Part shown: one piece after another, positions 1 through 10,852 of the stretch
How the letters are laid out: each line of letters begins with the position of its first letter
Position numbering within the stretch: position 1 is the first letter of the stretch
Assembly (NCBI GenBank): GCA_963844945.1
Contig: CAWJQZ010000002.1
Span: 2,123-66,122, forward strand
Length of the DNA: 64,000 bases
Reading direction: 5' to 3'
From: an uncultured Chloroflexia bacterium
GTDB taxonomy: Bacteria > Chloroflexota > Limnocylindria > Limnocylindrales > CSP1-4
Position numbers and translations under genes: made by a program
Notes under the pieces: model-generated
What the model saw: only the letters and a program-made list of their open reading frames with translations
What the model was told of the DNA's origin: nothing
Databases searched by the model: none

Positions 1-1
1 C

Positions 2-622
2 GCGGACGCCTACCAGTCGGTCGTGGGACCCACCGGGCGCGGCATCGCCGGCGACATCGTCACGTACAGCCACCCGGACGATGCGCCGCTCCCGCGGAGC
101 AGGGGGGCGCAACCGCGGACGGCGAACGACGGCGCGACCGCGATCCCCACCAGCCTGGAGGGCGCCTTCACCCTCGACGGGCCCGGCGAGTACGAGGTGA
201 GGCACGTCCTCATCACGGGCGTGCGCACGGCGCGCGACGAGAAGCGCGGGGCGGAGCGGGGACGGAACGTCGCGTTCGTCTACGAGATCGACGGGCTCCA
301 CACGGTCCACCTCGGCGACATCGGGCACACGCTGTCCGACGACAAGGTCGGCGAGATCGGCGACGTGGACATCGCGTGCGTCCCGGTGGGCGGCGCGCTC
401 TCGCCCTCGAAGGCGGCCGAGCTCATCGCCCAGCTGGACGTGAAGATCGCGATCCCGATGCCCGTCTGCGACGACGGCGTCTGCACGGATGCGATCGCGA
501 AGTTCTTCCACGAGATGGGTGCGGCGGCGCCCACCGAGCCCCAGTCGAAGCTCTCGCTCACGATCTCGGGGCTGCCGGACGAGGTGACGACCGTCCTGCT
601 GGACTCGCGCGGGAAGGCCTGA
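2..622 (+). CDS. MBL-fold metallo-hydrolase (COG2220-like), N-terminus outside window
   Basis: Frame is open from the window edge to TGA 620-622. Translation ...VFVYEIDGLHTVHLGDIGHTL...DIACVPVGGALSP... resembles beta-lactamase-fold hydrolases. Family call from motif memory only. Confidence 0.5.
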   Translation, partial: ADAYQSVVGPTGRGIAGDIVTYSHPDDAPLPRSRGAQPRTANDGATAIPTSLEGAFTLDGPGEYEVRHVLITGVRTARDEKRGAERGRNVAFVYEIDGLHTVHLGDIGHTLSDDKVGEIGDVDIACVPVGGALSPSKAAELIAQLDVKIAIPMPVCDDGVCTDAIAKFFHEMGAAAPTEPQSKLSLTISGLPDEVTTVLLDSRGKA

Positions 623-637
623 CGGCCTCGGGCCCCA

Positions 638-667
638 CGCGCCCGGGCAGTGCGCGCGCCGGGCGTG
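638..667. terminator. GC-rich hairpin between convergent genes
   Basis: Arms CGCGCCCGG (638-646) and CCGGGCGTG (659-667) pair, with one G-U, around a 12-nt loop. No clear U-tract. Confidence 0.3.
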
Positions 668-683
668 CCCGGACGGGATCGCG

Positions 684-2051
684 CTACGCGCGCTCGAGGA
701 TCGGCAGGCCGCGCTTGATGACGGCGCGCACGAGGTTGGCTCCCGGGTAGTACGGGATCTGCAGGTGCGTGGGGACGCGCCAGATCACGAGGTCCGCCTG
801 GCGCTCGACCTCGATCGACCCCACCTCGTCGCCCAGCCCCAGGGCGTGCGCGGCGTTGACGGTCGTGGCCGCGAGGGCCTCCGAGGGCGTCAGGCCGAGC
901 TCCAGGCACGCGACCGTCATGACGAGCGCGAGGTTCGGCGTGGGCGAGGTGCCCGGGTTGAAGTCGCTCGCGAGCGCCACCGGCACGCCCCGCTCGATGA
1001 GCCGGCGTGCGGGAGCGTAGTGGTGCGCCATGAGGAACCACGTCGTCGCCGGCAGCAGCGTGGCGACGACGGGCCGCCCGGATCGCGCCGCCATCGCGAG
1101 CGCCTCGATCCCCTCCTCGCTCGGGGCCGCGAGGTGGTCGGCGGAGTACGCACCGATCTCCGCGGCGAGCTCCGCCCCACCCGACGGCGCGATCTCGTCC
1201 GCGTGGAGGCGCGGCTCCAGCCCCACGGTCATGGCGGCCTCGAGGACTGCGCGCGACTGGTCGGCGCTGAAGACGCCCTCCTCGCAGAAGACGTCGCAGA
1301 AGCGCGCGATCCCCTGCGCGGCGATCAGCGGCAGCTGGTCGTGGATGATCGACCGCACGTACGCGTCCGTCGCGTCGGGCTGGGACCGGAACTCGGGCGG
1401 GACCGCGTGCGCCCCGAGATACGTGGGCACGACGTCGATCGGGCCCTCCTCGGCGAGGATGCCCGCGACGTGGAGGAGGCGCAGCTCGGTCGCCGGGTCC
1501 AGGCCGTAGCCGCTCTTGACCTCGACGGTGGTCGCGCCGTGCGCGAGCATCTCGTCGAGCCAGCGGCGTCCGTGCGCGAGCAGCTCGTCCTCGGTGGCGG
1601 CACGGGTCGCGGCGACCGTCGAGAGGATCCCGCCGCCCGACGCGAGGATCTCGAGGTACCCGGCGCCGCGCTGGCGGAGCCGCAGCTCGCCCTCGCGCGT
1701 CCCGGCGAACAGCAGGTGGGTGTGCGGGTCGACCAGGCCGGGCGTCACGGTGCCGCCGTCGGCGTCGAAGCGGGCGAAGCGGCTCGCGGGGAGACCCTCG
1801 GCCGCAAGGGACGCGACGACCGCGTCGCGCGGGCCCACGCCCACCACGCGCCCCTCCCAGCAGGCGACCACCGGCGCCTCGGGCGAGTCGGGACCACCGA
1901 CGTCCGAGGCCCGGAGCACGGCGGGATCGTCCTGGTCGACGCCCATGCGGAGGCCGCCGGCCATGGTGACGACCTCGCTCGCCCCGGTGACGAGGAGCCC
2001 GGGCATCAGGTCCGCCGAGCCGCGGCCGCCGTGGATGACGCGGAGGGTCAT
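684..2051 (-). CDS. hutI: imidazolonepropionase
   Basis: 455-aa ORF with amidohydrolase metal motif GLVDPHTHLLFAG and end-to-end HutI-like sequence. Adjacent to ftcD. Confidence 0.9.
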   Translation of the reverse strand: MTLRVIHGGRGSADLMPGLLVTGASEVVTMAGGLRMGVDQDDPAVLRASDVGGPDSPEAPVVACWEGRVVGVGPRDAVVASLAAEGLPASRFARFDADGGTVTPGLVDPHTHLLFAGTREGELRLRQRGAGYLEILASGGGILSTVAATRAATEDELLAHGRRWLDEMLAHGATTVEVKSGYGLDPATELRLLHVAGILAEEGPIDVVPTYLGAHAVPPEFRSQPDATDAYVRSIIHDQLPLIAAQGIARFCDVFCEEGVFSADQSRAVLEAAMTVGLEPRLHADEIAPSGGAELAAEIGAYSADHLAAPSEEGIEALAMAARSGRPVVATLLPATTWFLMAHHYAPARRLIERGVPVALASDFNPGTSPTPNLALVMTVACLELGLTPSEALAATTVNAAHALGLGDEVGSIEVERQADLVIWRVPTHLQIPYYPGANLVRAVIKRGLPILERA

Positions 2052-2057
2052 CGCGGA

Positions 2058-3093
2058 TCACCGGGGCCCGCCGCGGGCCCGCCATCGCCGGCCGGGCCGC
2101 CGGAGCCGGCGGGCGCCATCACCGGCCTCCGCGGCCATCGCGGCCGCCACCCGCAGCTCGAGGGCCATCGACGGGTCCGCGCCCCGCAGCCGCATCCACG
2201 CGCCGGCGGCGCGCAGCCGCTCCTCGGCCGGAAGGTCCGCGGGGACGCCCGCGTGGTCCGCGACGTCCGTGAACGCGCGGAGGGGCGCGAGGCCGATGAG
2301 CTCGGACTCGAGGACGTCCACGCCGGCGGCCGCGGCCTCGTCGCGCACCGCCTCGTAGACGCGCCACATGGGCGTGACGCCCACGTCGAGGAGGTTCATG
2401 GAGACCTGGGCGCAGTCGGGGTCCTCCAGGCGGAACCCGCGCGCCTGGACCTTCGGCAGGCCGCCGCTCGACTCGCGGACATGCGCCGCGATCGACTTCG
2501 CGAGATCGAGGTCGTCCGTGGCGAGGTTCACGTTCCACGCGACGAGGAAGGGGCGCGCGCCGACCGCGACGGCCCCGCGCGGTGGGGTGGAGCCGCGACG
2601 GCCCGAAGTCCGGGGCGCGATCCGGGTCCGTGAGGATCGCGTCTCGCAGCCCCTCGTACTCGCCCCGGCGCACGTCGGCGAGGCGGACGCGGTCCGGCCG
2701 CGTCGCCGCCTCTGCGTAGAGATAGACGGGGAGGTCGAACCGGGCGGCGATGCGGGCGCCGAACCCGCGCGCGAGCGCGACCGCTTCCGCCATCGTGGTG
2801 GTCCCGAGCGGGACGAAGGGGACGACGTCCACGGCGCCGATCCGCGGGTGCTCCCCGTGCTGGACGTTCATGTCGATCCGGTCGATCGCCACGGCGATGG
2901 CGGCCTCGAGCGCGTCCGCGACGGCGTCCGCGTCGCCAGCGAGCGTGAGAACGCTGCGGTCGTGGCTGGCGTCGCTCGTCCGGTCGAAGAGGTGCGCGCC
3001 CGGGGTCGCCTCGACCGCCGCGGCGATCGCGTCGACGACCTCGAGGCGGGTCCCCTCGCTGAAGTTCGGGACGGATTCGATGAGATGGGGCAC
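2058..3093 (-). pseudogene. ftcD: glutamate formiminotransferase, interrupted by a 1-nt frameshift
   Basis: GTG start 3091-3093 gives VPHLIESVPNFSEGTRLEVVD... for about 170 aa. The C-terminal part (...GARPFLVAWNVNLATDDLDLAKSIA...) is in another frame. The halves join if 1 nt is removed within CCCCGCGC at 2573-2580. Confidence 0.8.
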
Positions 3094-3187
3094 GCGGGGA
3101 TGATGGCACGCCGCGGCCGTCGCGGACGCGGTCCGCGTGTAGACTCGGCCGGGGGTCCGTCCCACCCCCGACCGCCCCGGAGGCCCC

Positions 3188-4615
3188 ATGGCCGAGACGC
3201 GCCGGAGCCTCTGGCGCCACCCCGACTTCCTCAAGCTGTGGACCGGCGAGACCATCAGCCAGGTCGGCACGCAGGTCACGCAGCTCGCGCTCCCGCTCGT
3301 CGCGATCGTGGTCCTCGTCGCGACACCCTTCGAGGTCGCCCTCCTCGGGACGGTCGAATTCCTCCCGTTCATCCTCCTGGGCCTGCCGGCGGGCGTCTGG
3401 GTCGACCGTCTCCGGCGACGCCCGATCCTCATCGCTGGCGACCTCGGCCGGGCGTTCCTCCTGGCCTCGATCCCGCTCGCGTACGTCGCCGGCGTCCTCA
3501 CGATCTGGCAGCTGTTCGCCGTGGCGTTCCTCGTCGGCAGCCTCACCGTCTTCTTCGACGTCTCCTACCAGAGCTACCTCCCGTCGCTCGTGGACCGCGA
3601 GGACCTGGTGGAGGGCAACGCGAAGCTCGAGATCAGCCGGTCGGGGGCGGCGCTGGTGGGACCGTCGCTCGGCGGGATCCTCGTGGAGTGGCTCACCGCC
3701 CCCGTCGCGATCCTCGTCGACGCGGTCAGCTACCTCGGATCCGCCCTGTTCATCTTCCTCATCCGGCGGCCGGAGCCGGAGCCCGTCCATCCCGACGTCG
3801 CCGCGGGCGGCGAGCGGCCGAGCATGCGCCGGGACATCGCGCAGGGGCTCCGCTACGTCGGTGGCCAGCGGCAGCTGCGGCTCATCGCGGCGTCCACGGG
3901 CATCTCGAACTTCTTCAACCAGTTCGTCTTCGCCCTGCTCCTCGTGTACGCCGTCCGCGACCTGGGCATGAGCGCCGGCGTCATCGGTGTCGTCTTCGCG
4001 ATCGGGAACATCGGGTGGCTCGCCGCGGCGGTGACGGCCACGAGGATCCAGCAGTGGATCGGCCTTGGGCCGGCCATCGTGCTCGGCGGGGCGGCCGCGA
4101 CGGCCGCCGTCTTCTTCGTGCCGCTCGCGACGCCCGCCACCGCGGTGCCCTTCCTGATCGTCTCCGGGCTCATCGCCGGCTTCGGCAACGTCGTCTACAA
4201 CGTGAACCAGGTGAGCTTCCGGCAGGCGATCACGCCCGAGCGCATGCAGGGCCGGATGAACGCGACGATGCGCTTCATCGTGTGGGGGACGATCCCGATC
4301 GGGTCGATCCTCGCCGGGGTGCTCGGGACGGTCATCGGGATCCTGCCGACCATCTGGATCGGCGTGCTCGGCGGGGCCCTGGGGATGATCCCCCTCCTGC
4401 TCGCGCCCGTGCGCGGCCTGCGGGCCCTCCCGGCGAGCCCCGAGGCGTGGGCGGAAGCCGAGGCGGCGCGGGTGGCCGGCGGGATCGGCCCGATCGTCCC
4501 CGGCGAGGCGTCCGTCGAGATCGAGGAGCGCATGGAGATCGCCGAGCGCGATGGCGCGGACGCGGGCGCGGAGCGGCGCGACGCGACGGCGGTCCCGCGG
4601 CCGGCACATGACCCC
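3188..4615 (+). CDS. MFS transporter (MFS_3/EntS-like), copy 1; no in-frame stop before copy 2
   Basis: N-terminus LWRHPDFLKLWTGETISQVGTQ..., about 12 hydrophobic segments and VWVDRLRRRP loop motif. The frame runs on into copy 2 without a stop. Confidence 0.7.
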
Positions 4616-6038
4616 GTGAGCGACGCCGCCGGCCGCGGGGACGGCAGCCTCTTCCGCCATCCGGACTTCGTGAAGTTCTGGACCGCGCAGACCGTCAGCC
4701 AGTTCGGCAGCCAGGTCAGCCTCCTCGCGATCCCGCTCGTCGCGATCAGCTTCCTCGACTCGTCGCCGGCGGAGGTCGCCCTCCTCTCGACGATGGAGTT
4801 CCTGCCGTTCGTCTTCTTCACGCTGCCGGTCGGCGTCTGGCTCGACCGGCTGCGGCGGCGGCCGATCATGATCGCCGCCGACGTCGCGCGCGCGCTGCTC
4901 CTCGCGACGATCCCGCGTCGCGTGGGTCGCCGGCGTGCTGACGATCTGGCAGCTCTACGTCGTCGCGTTCGTCACGGGGATCTTCACCGTCTTCTTCGAC
5001 GTGGCGTACCAGGCGTACCTGCCGTCGCTCGTCGAGCGAGAGCGGATCCTGGACGGCAACGGCAAGCTCGAGACGACGCGGTCGATCGCCCAGACGGCGG
5101 GGCCCGCGATCGCCGGGTGGCTCATCGGCGTCCTGACGGCGCCGGTCGCGGTGATCACGAACTCGCTCTCGTTCATCGTCTCCGGCATCGCGCTCGTCGC
5201 GATCCGCCGGCCGGAGCCGGCGCCCGGGCGCGGAGCGCCGCCGGCCGCGTCGGTCGAGGGTGAGGCGGGTGCCGCCGCCGGCGCCGAGGCGGCAGCGACA
5301 TCCGAGCGGGCCGGCCTGCGCCATGAGGTCGCCGCCGGCCTGCGCTACGTGTTCGCGAACCCGTACCTCCGCGCGATCGCGCTCACGATGTCGCTGACCA
5401 ACTTCTTCGGCCAGGTCGTCTTCTCGCTGTTCTTCGTGTACGCCGTGCGGGAGCTCGGGCTCGACGCAGGACCCCTCGGGCTGATCCTCGGGATCGGGAA
5501 CATCGGGCTCATCGTGGGGGCCGTCACCGCCTCGTCCGTCGCGCGCAGGATCGGGTTCGGCCCCGCGATCATCGTGTCGATCTTCGTCGCCGGCTCGGCG
5601 ACGGTCCTCATCCCCCTGGCGCCCGCGTCGGCGCCGGCGCCGTTCCTCATCGCGCAGGGACTGCTCTTCGGGTGGTCGGTCCTCGTCTTCAACGTCAACC
5701 AGGTGAGCTACCGGCAGTCGATCACGCCCGTGCATCTGCAGGGCCGGATGAACGCCACGATGAAGTTCATCGCGGTGCTCATGATCCCGGCGGGGTCGCT
5801 CGCGGGCGGCCTGCTCGCGACCGCGTTCGACATGCACACGGCGATCTGGATCGGCTCGATCGGGGCGGTCTTCTCGTTCCTGCCCGCGCTCCTCTCGCCG
5901 CTCCGCGGGCTGCGCGTGATCCCCGCCATGACGCCGGCGGAGGCGACGGCCGGCGCGCAGGCGGGCGCCGCGCCGGCGCCCCACTCACCCCTGATCGAGC
6001 CCAGCCCCGAGCCGATGCTCGGTGAGATCGACGAGTGA
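4616..6038 (+). pseudogene. MFS transporter (MFS_3/EntS-like), copy 2, frameshifted
   Basis: Candidate GTG start at 4616, then LFRHPDFVKFWTAQTVSQFGSQ... parallels copy 1. The frame breaks at ~4914-4922 (ATIP|..AWVAGVLTIWQLYVV continues in the frame of ORF 4935..6038). Stop at 6036-6038. Confidence 0.65.
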
Positions 6039-6087
6039 CGCGCGCGCGGTCGCATCGACCGGCAGCGACGGACGTGGACGGAGGCCG

Positions 6088-6672
6088 ATGATGGAGCTGC
6101 GGACGGACCGCGTGGGCGTGCTGCTCGACCAGCTGCGCGGAGTCGCGCGACCTCTACGTCCCCGCCTGGAGGGGATGACGGCCGCCGAGTACCTCTGGGA
6201 GCCGTTCGAGGGGATGCACTCCCTCCGGCGGCGCGGGACGGCGCCCACGCCGAACGCCTTCGGGCCGGGCGAGTGGCATGATGGACTTCGACGATTGGCT
6301 CGACCCCTTCGCGCCGGGGCCGGTCGCGACGATCGCGTGGCGGATCGCGCACGTGGCGAACGGGATCGCCGGCCGGTGGGAGTGGTCGTTCGGCACGCGG
6401 TCGATCGACCCGAACGACGTGGTGGCCTTCTCCGCGGACCCGGCGGTGGCGGTGGCCGGGCTGTCGGCGCTGGTGGACCGCTGGGCGGCCTCGTGCGAGA
6501 CGCTGACGGACGCGCAGCTCGACGTGCCCGGCTTCAGCGCCTACCCGTACGGGATGGACCCGACATCCCGTTCATCGGGGTCATGTGGTGGACGAACCGC
6601 GAGTTCATCAACCACATGGCGGAGGTCGCGCTGCTGCGGGACCTCTACCCGCGGATGGTCGACCGGGGCTGA
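6088..6672 (+). pseudogene. DinB-family (YfiT/DinB_2-like) protein with two frameshifts
   Basis: GGAGG RBS then ATGATG at 6088. MELRTDRVGVLLDQL...AEYLWEP... is in frame 1, MDFDDWLDPFAPGPVATIAWRIAHV... is in frame 2 (6278-6560), and the tail DIPFIGVMWWTNREFINHMAEVALLRDL is back in frame 1. Confidence 0.6.
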
Positions 6673-6787
6673 ACTGCGGGCCGGGGACACGGTCCGGCAG
6701 TCCCTTCCCACCGTCCGGGAGGTCGGCGGGGCTGCGATCCCGCTCGTCGGACGAAGCGGAGCGGCACGGCGACACGCCGTCGCCGGA

Positions 6788-7916
6788 TCAGCGGCCGAAC
6801 CAGCGCGCGACCCGGGTGGTGCCGAACGCCTCCTTCTCGAGGCCGCGCTCGTCGGTCGGCTTCGAGAACGACCCGAACGGCGGCTGGCCATGCGGGAACG
6901 TCACGTCGATCCCGGCGACCTGGCCGTGGCCGAACTCCATGTAGCACGTGCCGCGGCCGTCGTACGTCGCATCGGAGGACCGACTCCGGACCTGCGCCAC
7001 GATGCGCTCGGCCACGATCCTCGCCTGGCCCTCCGAGAACACGCCGGCCTTCGGCGTGCCGACGCTCGTGACGTCGCCGACGGCGTACACGTCCGGGAAG
7101 CGCGTCTGGAGCGTGTCGAAGTCGACCGGGATCCATCCGCCCTCGGCCAGCCCGGACTCGGCGACGACCGCCGGCACCCGGTGGGGCGGGATCCCGAGGA
7201 ACAGGTCGTACGGCATCTCGGCGCCGCCGGAGAGATGCGCGACGCGCCGGTCCGGATCGAGGGACCGCACGAGGTTGTCGGGCACGAACGAGATCCCGCG
7301 CTCGGCGAAGGCGGCGAGGATCGCCGCCGAGCCGTCGGGCGACGGCGGGATGGGGACGCCGAACGGCATGACCTGGGTGATCGTGCTGCGCTCGCGGATC
7401 CCGCGGCGCGCGAGGAGGTCGTGCATGAGGAGCGACGTCTCGCTCGGCGCGGGCGGGCACTTGAAGGGCGTCGAGGTGACGCCGACGACCACGTTCCCGC
7501 CCTCGAACCGCTCGAGGATGTCGCGCAGCGCCGTGGCCCCGGCGACCGAGTAGAACTCGTGGCCTCCCTCGACGAGCCCGGGGATCGCGGCGGGGTCGTA
7601 CTCCGCACCGAGGGCGACGACGAGGACGTCCGCGCCGAACGTCCCGGCGTCGGTCACGACGGTCTTCTCGACAGGATCGATCGACAGGACCTCGCCCCTG
7701 ACGAACCGGACGCCCGGGTGCACGAGGTCGGCGTACCGGTGGAGCGCCGAGGCGGGGGCGAGCCGCCCGAACATGATGTCGAGCTTCGAGAAGCCGAAGA
7801 CGAAGCCCTCCGCACGGTCGATCAGGACCGTGTCGGCCTGCATCGCCGAGCTCCTGCGAGAGGATGGACGTGAGCTCGAGCCCGCCGAAGCCGGCTCCAA
7901 GGACGACGGTGCGCAT
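6788..7916 (-). pseudogene. FAD/NAD(P)-dependent oxidoreductase, sulfide:quinone reductase-like, frameshifted
   Basis: Rossmann start MRTVVLGAGFGGLEL (from 7916) is in one frame. The rest (ADTVLIDRAEGF...TSTPFKCPPAPSE...VYAVGDV...) is in the frame of ORF 6788..9478. The junction needs 1 nt removed at ~7838-7846. Confidence 0.7.
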
Positions 7917-7986
7917 GGGCGGAAGATACGGGCGGCGTCAAGGGACGGCGGGGACGGGCCGAGCCCCGGCGCCCCCGCCCCTGCCC

Positions 7987-9705
7987 CTACTCGTCGAGCA
8001 TCGGGATCCGGACGCCGCGCTCCCTCGCCACCTCGATCGCCCGCGCGTAGCCGGCGTCCGCGTGCCGGATGACGCCCATCCCGGGGTCGGTCGTCAGGAC
8101 GCGCGACAGCTTCTCCGCCGCGAGGTCGGTGCCATCGGCGACGACGACCATCCCCGCATGCTGGCTGTACCCGATCCCCGTGCCGCCGCCGTGGTGGATC
8201 GAGATCCAGCTCGCGCCCGCCGACGTGTTCACGAGGGCGTTGAGGAGCGGCCAGTCCGCGACCGCGTCGGTGCCGTCCGCCATCGCCTCGGTCTCGCGGT
8301 TGGGCGAGGCGACGGAGCCCGAATCGAGGTGGTCGCGCCCGATGACGATCGGCGCCTTCACCTGCCCGGTCCGGACCAGCTCGTTGAAGACGAGCCCCGC
8401 CTTCGACCGCTCGCCGTACCCGAGCCAGCAGATGCGCGACGGGAGCCCCTGGAACGGGACCTTCTCCTCGGCCATCCGAAGCCACCGGTGGAGGTGCTCC
8501 TTCTCGGGGAAGAGCTCGATGAGCGCGTCGTCGGTCCGCTTGATGTCGGCGGGGTCGCCGGAGAGCGCCACCCATCGGAACGGGCCGGAGCCCTCGCAGA
8601 AGAGCGGGCGGATGAACGCGGGGACGAAGCCGGGGAAGTCGAAGGCGTTCTCCACCCCCGCCTCCTTCGCCTGCGCCCGGATGTTGTTCCCGTAGTCGAA
8701 GACGACCGATCCGGCGGCCTGCATGGCGAGCATGGCGCGGACCTGGTCGGCCATCGACTGCATGGCCCGGCGGATGTAGACGTCCGGGCGGCTGGCCCGG
8801 AGGGCGACGGCATCGTGCAGCGACATCTCCGACGGGACGTAGCCGTTGAGGGCGTCGTGCGCGGAGGTCTGGTCGGTGACGACGTCGAAGCGCTCGCCCT
8901 TCGCCGCCCAGGCCGGCTCGATCTCCGCGGCGTTCCCGATGAGCGCGATGGACATGGCCTCGCCGCGGGCGGCCGCGAGGCGCGCGAGCGCGAGGGCGGC
9001 GTCCGGCGAGTCGGTCACCTGGTCCACGTAGCCGATCTCGTGGCGGCGGCGCGCCCGGGCCTCGTCCACCTCGATGCAGATCGCGACGCCCTCGTTCATC
9101 GTCACGGAGAGGGGCTGGGCGCCGCCCATCCCGCCGAGGCCGGCGGTGAGGACGACACGCCCTTTCAGCGTCCCGCCGAAGTGCTGCCGCGCGCACTCCC
9201 CGAACGTCTCGTACGTCCCCTGGAGGATCCCCTGGGTCCCGATGTAGATCCAGGAGCCCGCGGTCATCTGGCCGTACATCATCAGGCCCGCACGCTCGAG
9301 CTCGCGGAAGTGCTCCCAGTTCGCCCACTTCCCCACGAGGTTCGAGTTGGCGATGAGGACGCGCGGTGCCCAGACGTTGGTCCGGAAGACGCCGACCGGC
9401 TTGCCCGACTGGACGAGGAGCGTCTCGTCGTCGTCGAGGCGGCGGAGCTCGCGGACGATCGCGTCGAACGCCTCCCACGAGCGCGCCGCGCGGCCGGTCC
9501 CGCCGTAGACCACGAGGCGGTCCGGGTCCTCGGCGACCTCGGGGTCCAGGTTGTTCATGAGCATCCGCAGGACCGCTTCCTGCTGCCAGCCGCGGCAGGA
9601 GATCTCCGTGCCGCGCGGCGCGCGGACGGGGCGGGCGCCGGGGAGGGGCGCGGGACGGTCGGGGGCGGGCTCACCGGAGGAGGTGGCGCGAGGGTCGGAG
9701 GTCAT
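7987..9705 (-). CDS. hutU: urocanate hydratase
   Basis: 572-aa ORF with [22 protein letters not shown] and the [18 protein letters not shown] site. Full-length urocanase-like. Confidence 0.95.
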   Translation of the reverse strand: MTSDPRATSSGEPAPDRPAPLPGARPVRAPRGTEISCRGWQQEAVLRMLMNNLDPEVAEDPDRLVVYGGTGRAARSWEAFDAIVRELRRLDDDETLLVQSGKPVGVFRTNVWAPRVLIANSNLVGKWANWEHFRELERAGLMMYGQMTAGSWIYIGTQGILQGTYETFGECARQHFGGTLKGRVVLTAGLGGMGGAQPLSVTMNEGVAICIEVDEARARRRHEIGYVDQVTDSPDAALALARLAAARGEAMSIALIGNAAEIEPAWAAKGERFDVVTDQTSAHDALNGYVPSEMSLHDAVALRASRPDVYIRRAMQSMADQVRAMLAMQAAGSVVFDYGNNIRAQAKEAGVENAFDFPGFVPAFIRPLFCEGSGPFRWVALSGDPADIKRTDDALIELFPEKEHLHRWLRMAEEKVPFQGLPSRICWLGYGERSKAGLVFNELVRTGQVKAPIVIGRDHLDSGSVASPNRETEAMADGTDAVADWPLLNALVNTSAGASWISIHHGGGTGIGYSQHAGMVVVADGTDLAAEKLSRVLTTDPGMGVIRHADAGYARAIEVARERGVRIPMLDE

Positions 9706-9813
9706 CGGGGGTCCTCCAGGGCCGTGGCCGCAGGGGCCGTGGGCGCGTCGTGGCGTGGGGTCCTCGCCATCGTATCGGCGCGCGACGACGTCGGCGAGCC
9801 GGCCGCGCCCCGC

Positions 9814-10665
9814 CTACTCCGTGTACCAGTTCCTGCGCGCGTACCCCAGGCGGAAGCCGGTCCTGACCATGTTCCGGTACGAGTGGTTGACGGGCTCGCG
9901 CTCGGTCTCCTCCCCCGTCTCCGTGACGGCGAGGCGGCAGCCCGCGTCGCGGGCGTCGAGGAGTCGCCGGAGGAGCAACGCCGTCTGCCACCCGCGCCCC
10001 CGGGCCTGCTCGAGCGTCGCGCCGTATCCCATCCAGGCCACGCCGTCCTCGATGTGCATCGCCGCGGTGGCGACCGGCGTTCCGCCGTCGTATCCGAGGT
10101 AGTGCGACCAGCCGGGCCGGCCGATCTGCGTCGTCGCGATCGGCCCGACCTGCGGCGGCATCTGGAACCCGGCGAGGCAGACGTCGCCCCACGTCCCGGC
10201 GAGCGACGGATCGACCAGCTCGATGCGGAGCGCGGCCGGCGGCTCGTCGATCGCGACGAGGTCGTGCCACATCTTCACCCAGCGGCTGCCGAGGCGATAC
10301 CCCTCGGCGGAGACCCAGCCGGGCAGGTCCGACGGCCGCGCGCCATGCGCCACGTGGATCGCGGTAGAGGTCAGACCGAGGGCGCGATAGAAGCCGACCG
10401 TCTCGGCGACGTCGTCGAAGGTCGCCTCCTCGACGATCCCGAGGCCCACGGTCCGGTTGAAGAAGCTGAAGTCGAGCGCGGTGAGCCCGAATGCCACGGC
10501 GCCGCCGATCAGGCGCACGTGCGCGCCCGCAGGGTTCCCCGGGAGCTCGGCCGCCGCGCTGTACGCATCGTGGTACGCGCGGGCCTCCGCCATCTCCAGC
10601 GCGCGCGCCACCTCCGGGTCGAGGTCGAGGGGAAGCGGCTGGACTGGCTCGAACTCCTCGGTCAT
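9814..10665 (-). CDS. GNAT-family N-acetyltransferase
   Basis: Start ATG 10663-10665 follows GGAGGG. 283 aa with a C-terminal acetyl-CoA motif-like LEQARGRGWQTALLLRRL. The longer track ORF (to 11055) is rejected as upstream read-through. Confidence 0.65.
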   Translation of the reverse strand: MTEEFEPVQPLPLDLDPEVARALEMAEARAYHDAYSAAAELPGNPAGAHVRLIGGAVAFGLTALDFSFFNRTVGLGIVEEATFDDVAETVGFYRALGLTSTAIHVAHGARPSDLPGWVSAEGYRLGSRWVKMWHDLVAIDEPPAALRIELVDPSLAGTWGDVCLAGFQMPPQVGPIATTQIGRPGWSHYLGYDGGTPVATAAMHIEDGVAWMGYGATLEQARGRGWQTALLLRRLLDARDAGCRLAVTETGEETEREPVNHSYRNMVRTGFRLGYARRNWYTE

Positions 10666-10852
10666 CGGGGGCCCTCCACGGACGCTGTGACCGCACCCGG
10701 GTCGCGCGGACGTCCGTCGGATGCTGACACAGTGCCCGAGCCGCGCACACCCCCCGATGGCGCCTCCGCTGCGGCTCCCTCCCGCTACGATGAGGGCGGC
10801 TCGGCGTCGCCACGGACGTCGATGTGCCCTCGTCCCGAGGCAGGAACCTCCC

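Noticed and set aside
250-290. Additional SOS-box candidates such as GAACGTCGCGTTC near 260-275, and GAAC..GTTC strings at ~16088, ~17050 and ~25920.
   Set aside because: The spacing is 5 or 2 nt instead of 4, and all lie inside coding sequence.
3094-3187. Divergent promoter between ftcD and the MFS gene (TAGACT at 3140-3145).
   Set aside because: There is no acceptable -35 at 16-19 nt and no operator-like symmetry. The support is too weak to annotate.
9719-9742. Direct repeat GGGCCGTGG x2 (15-nt spacing) just upstream of the hutU start.
   Set aside because: Short GC-only repeats of this size are expected by chance at this composition. It has no partner elsewhere in the hut regions.
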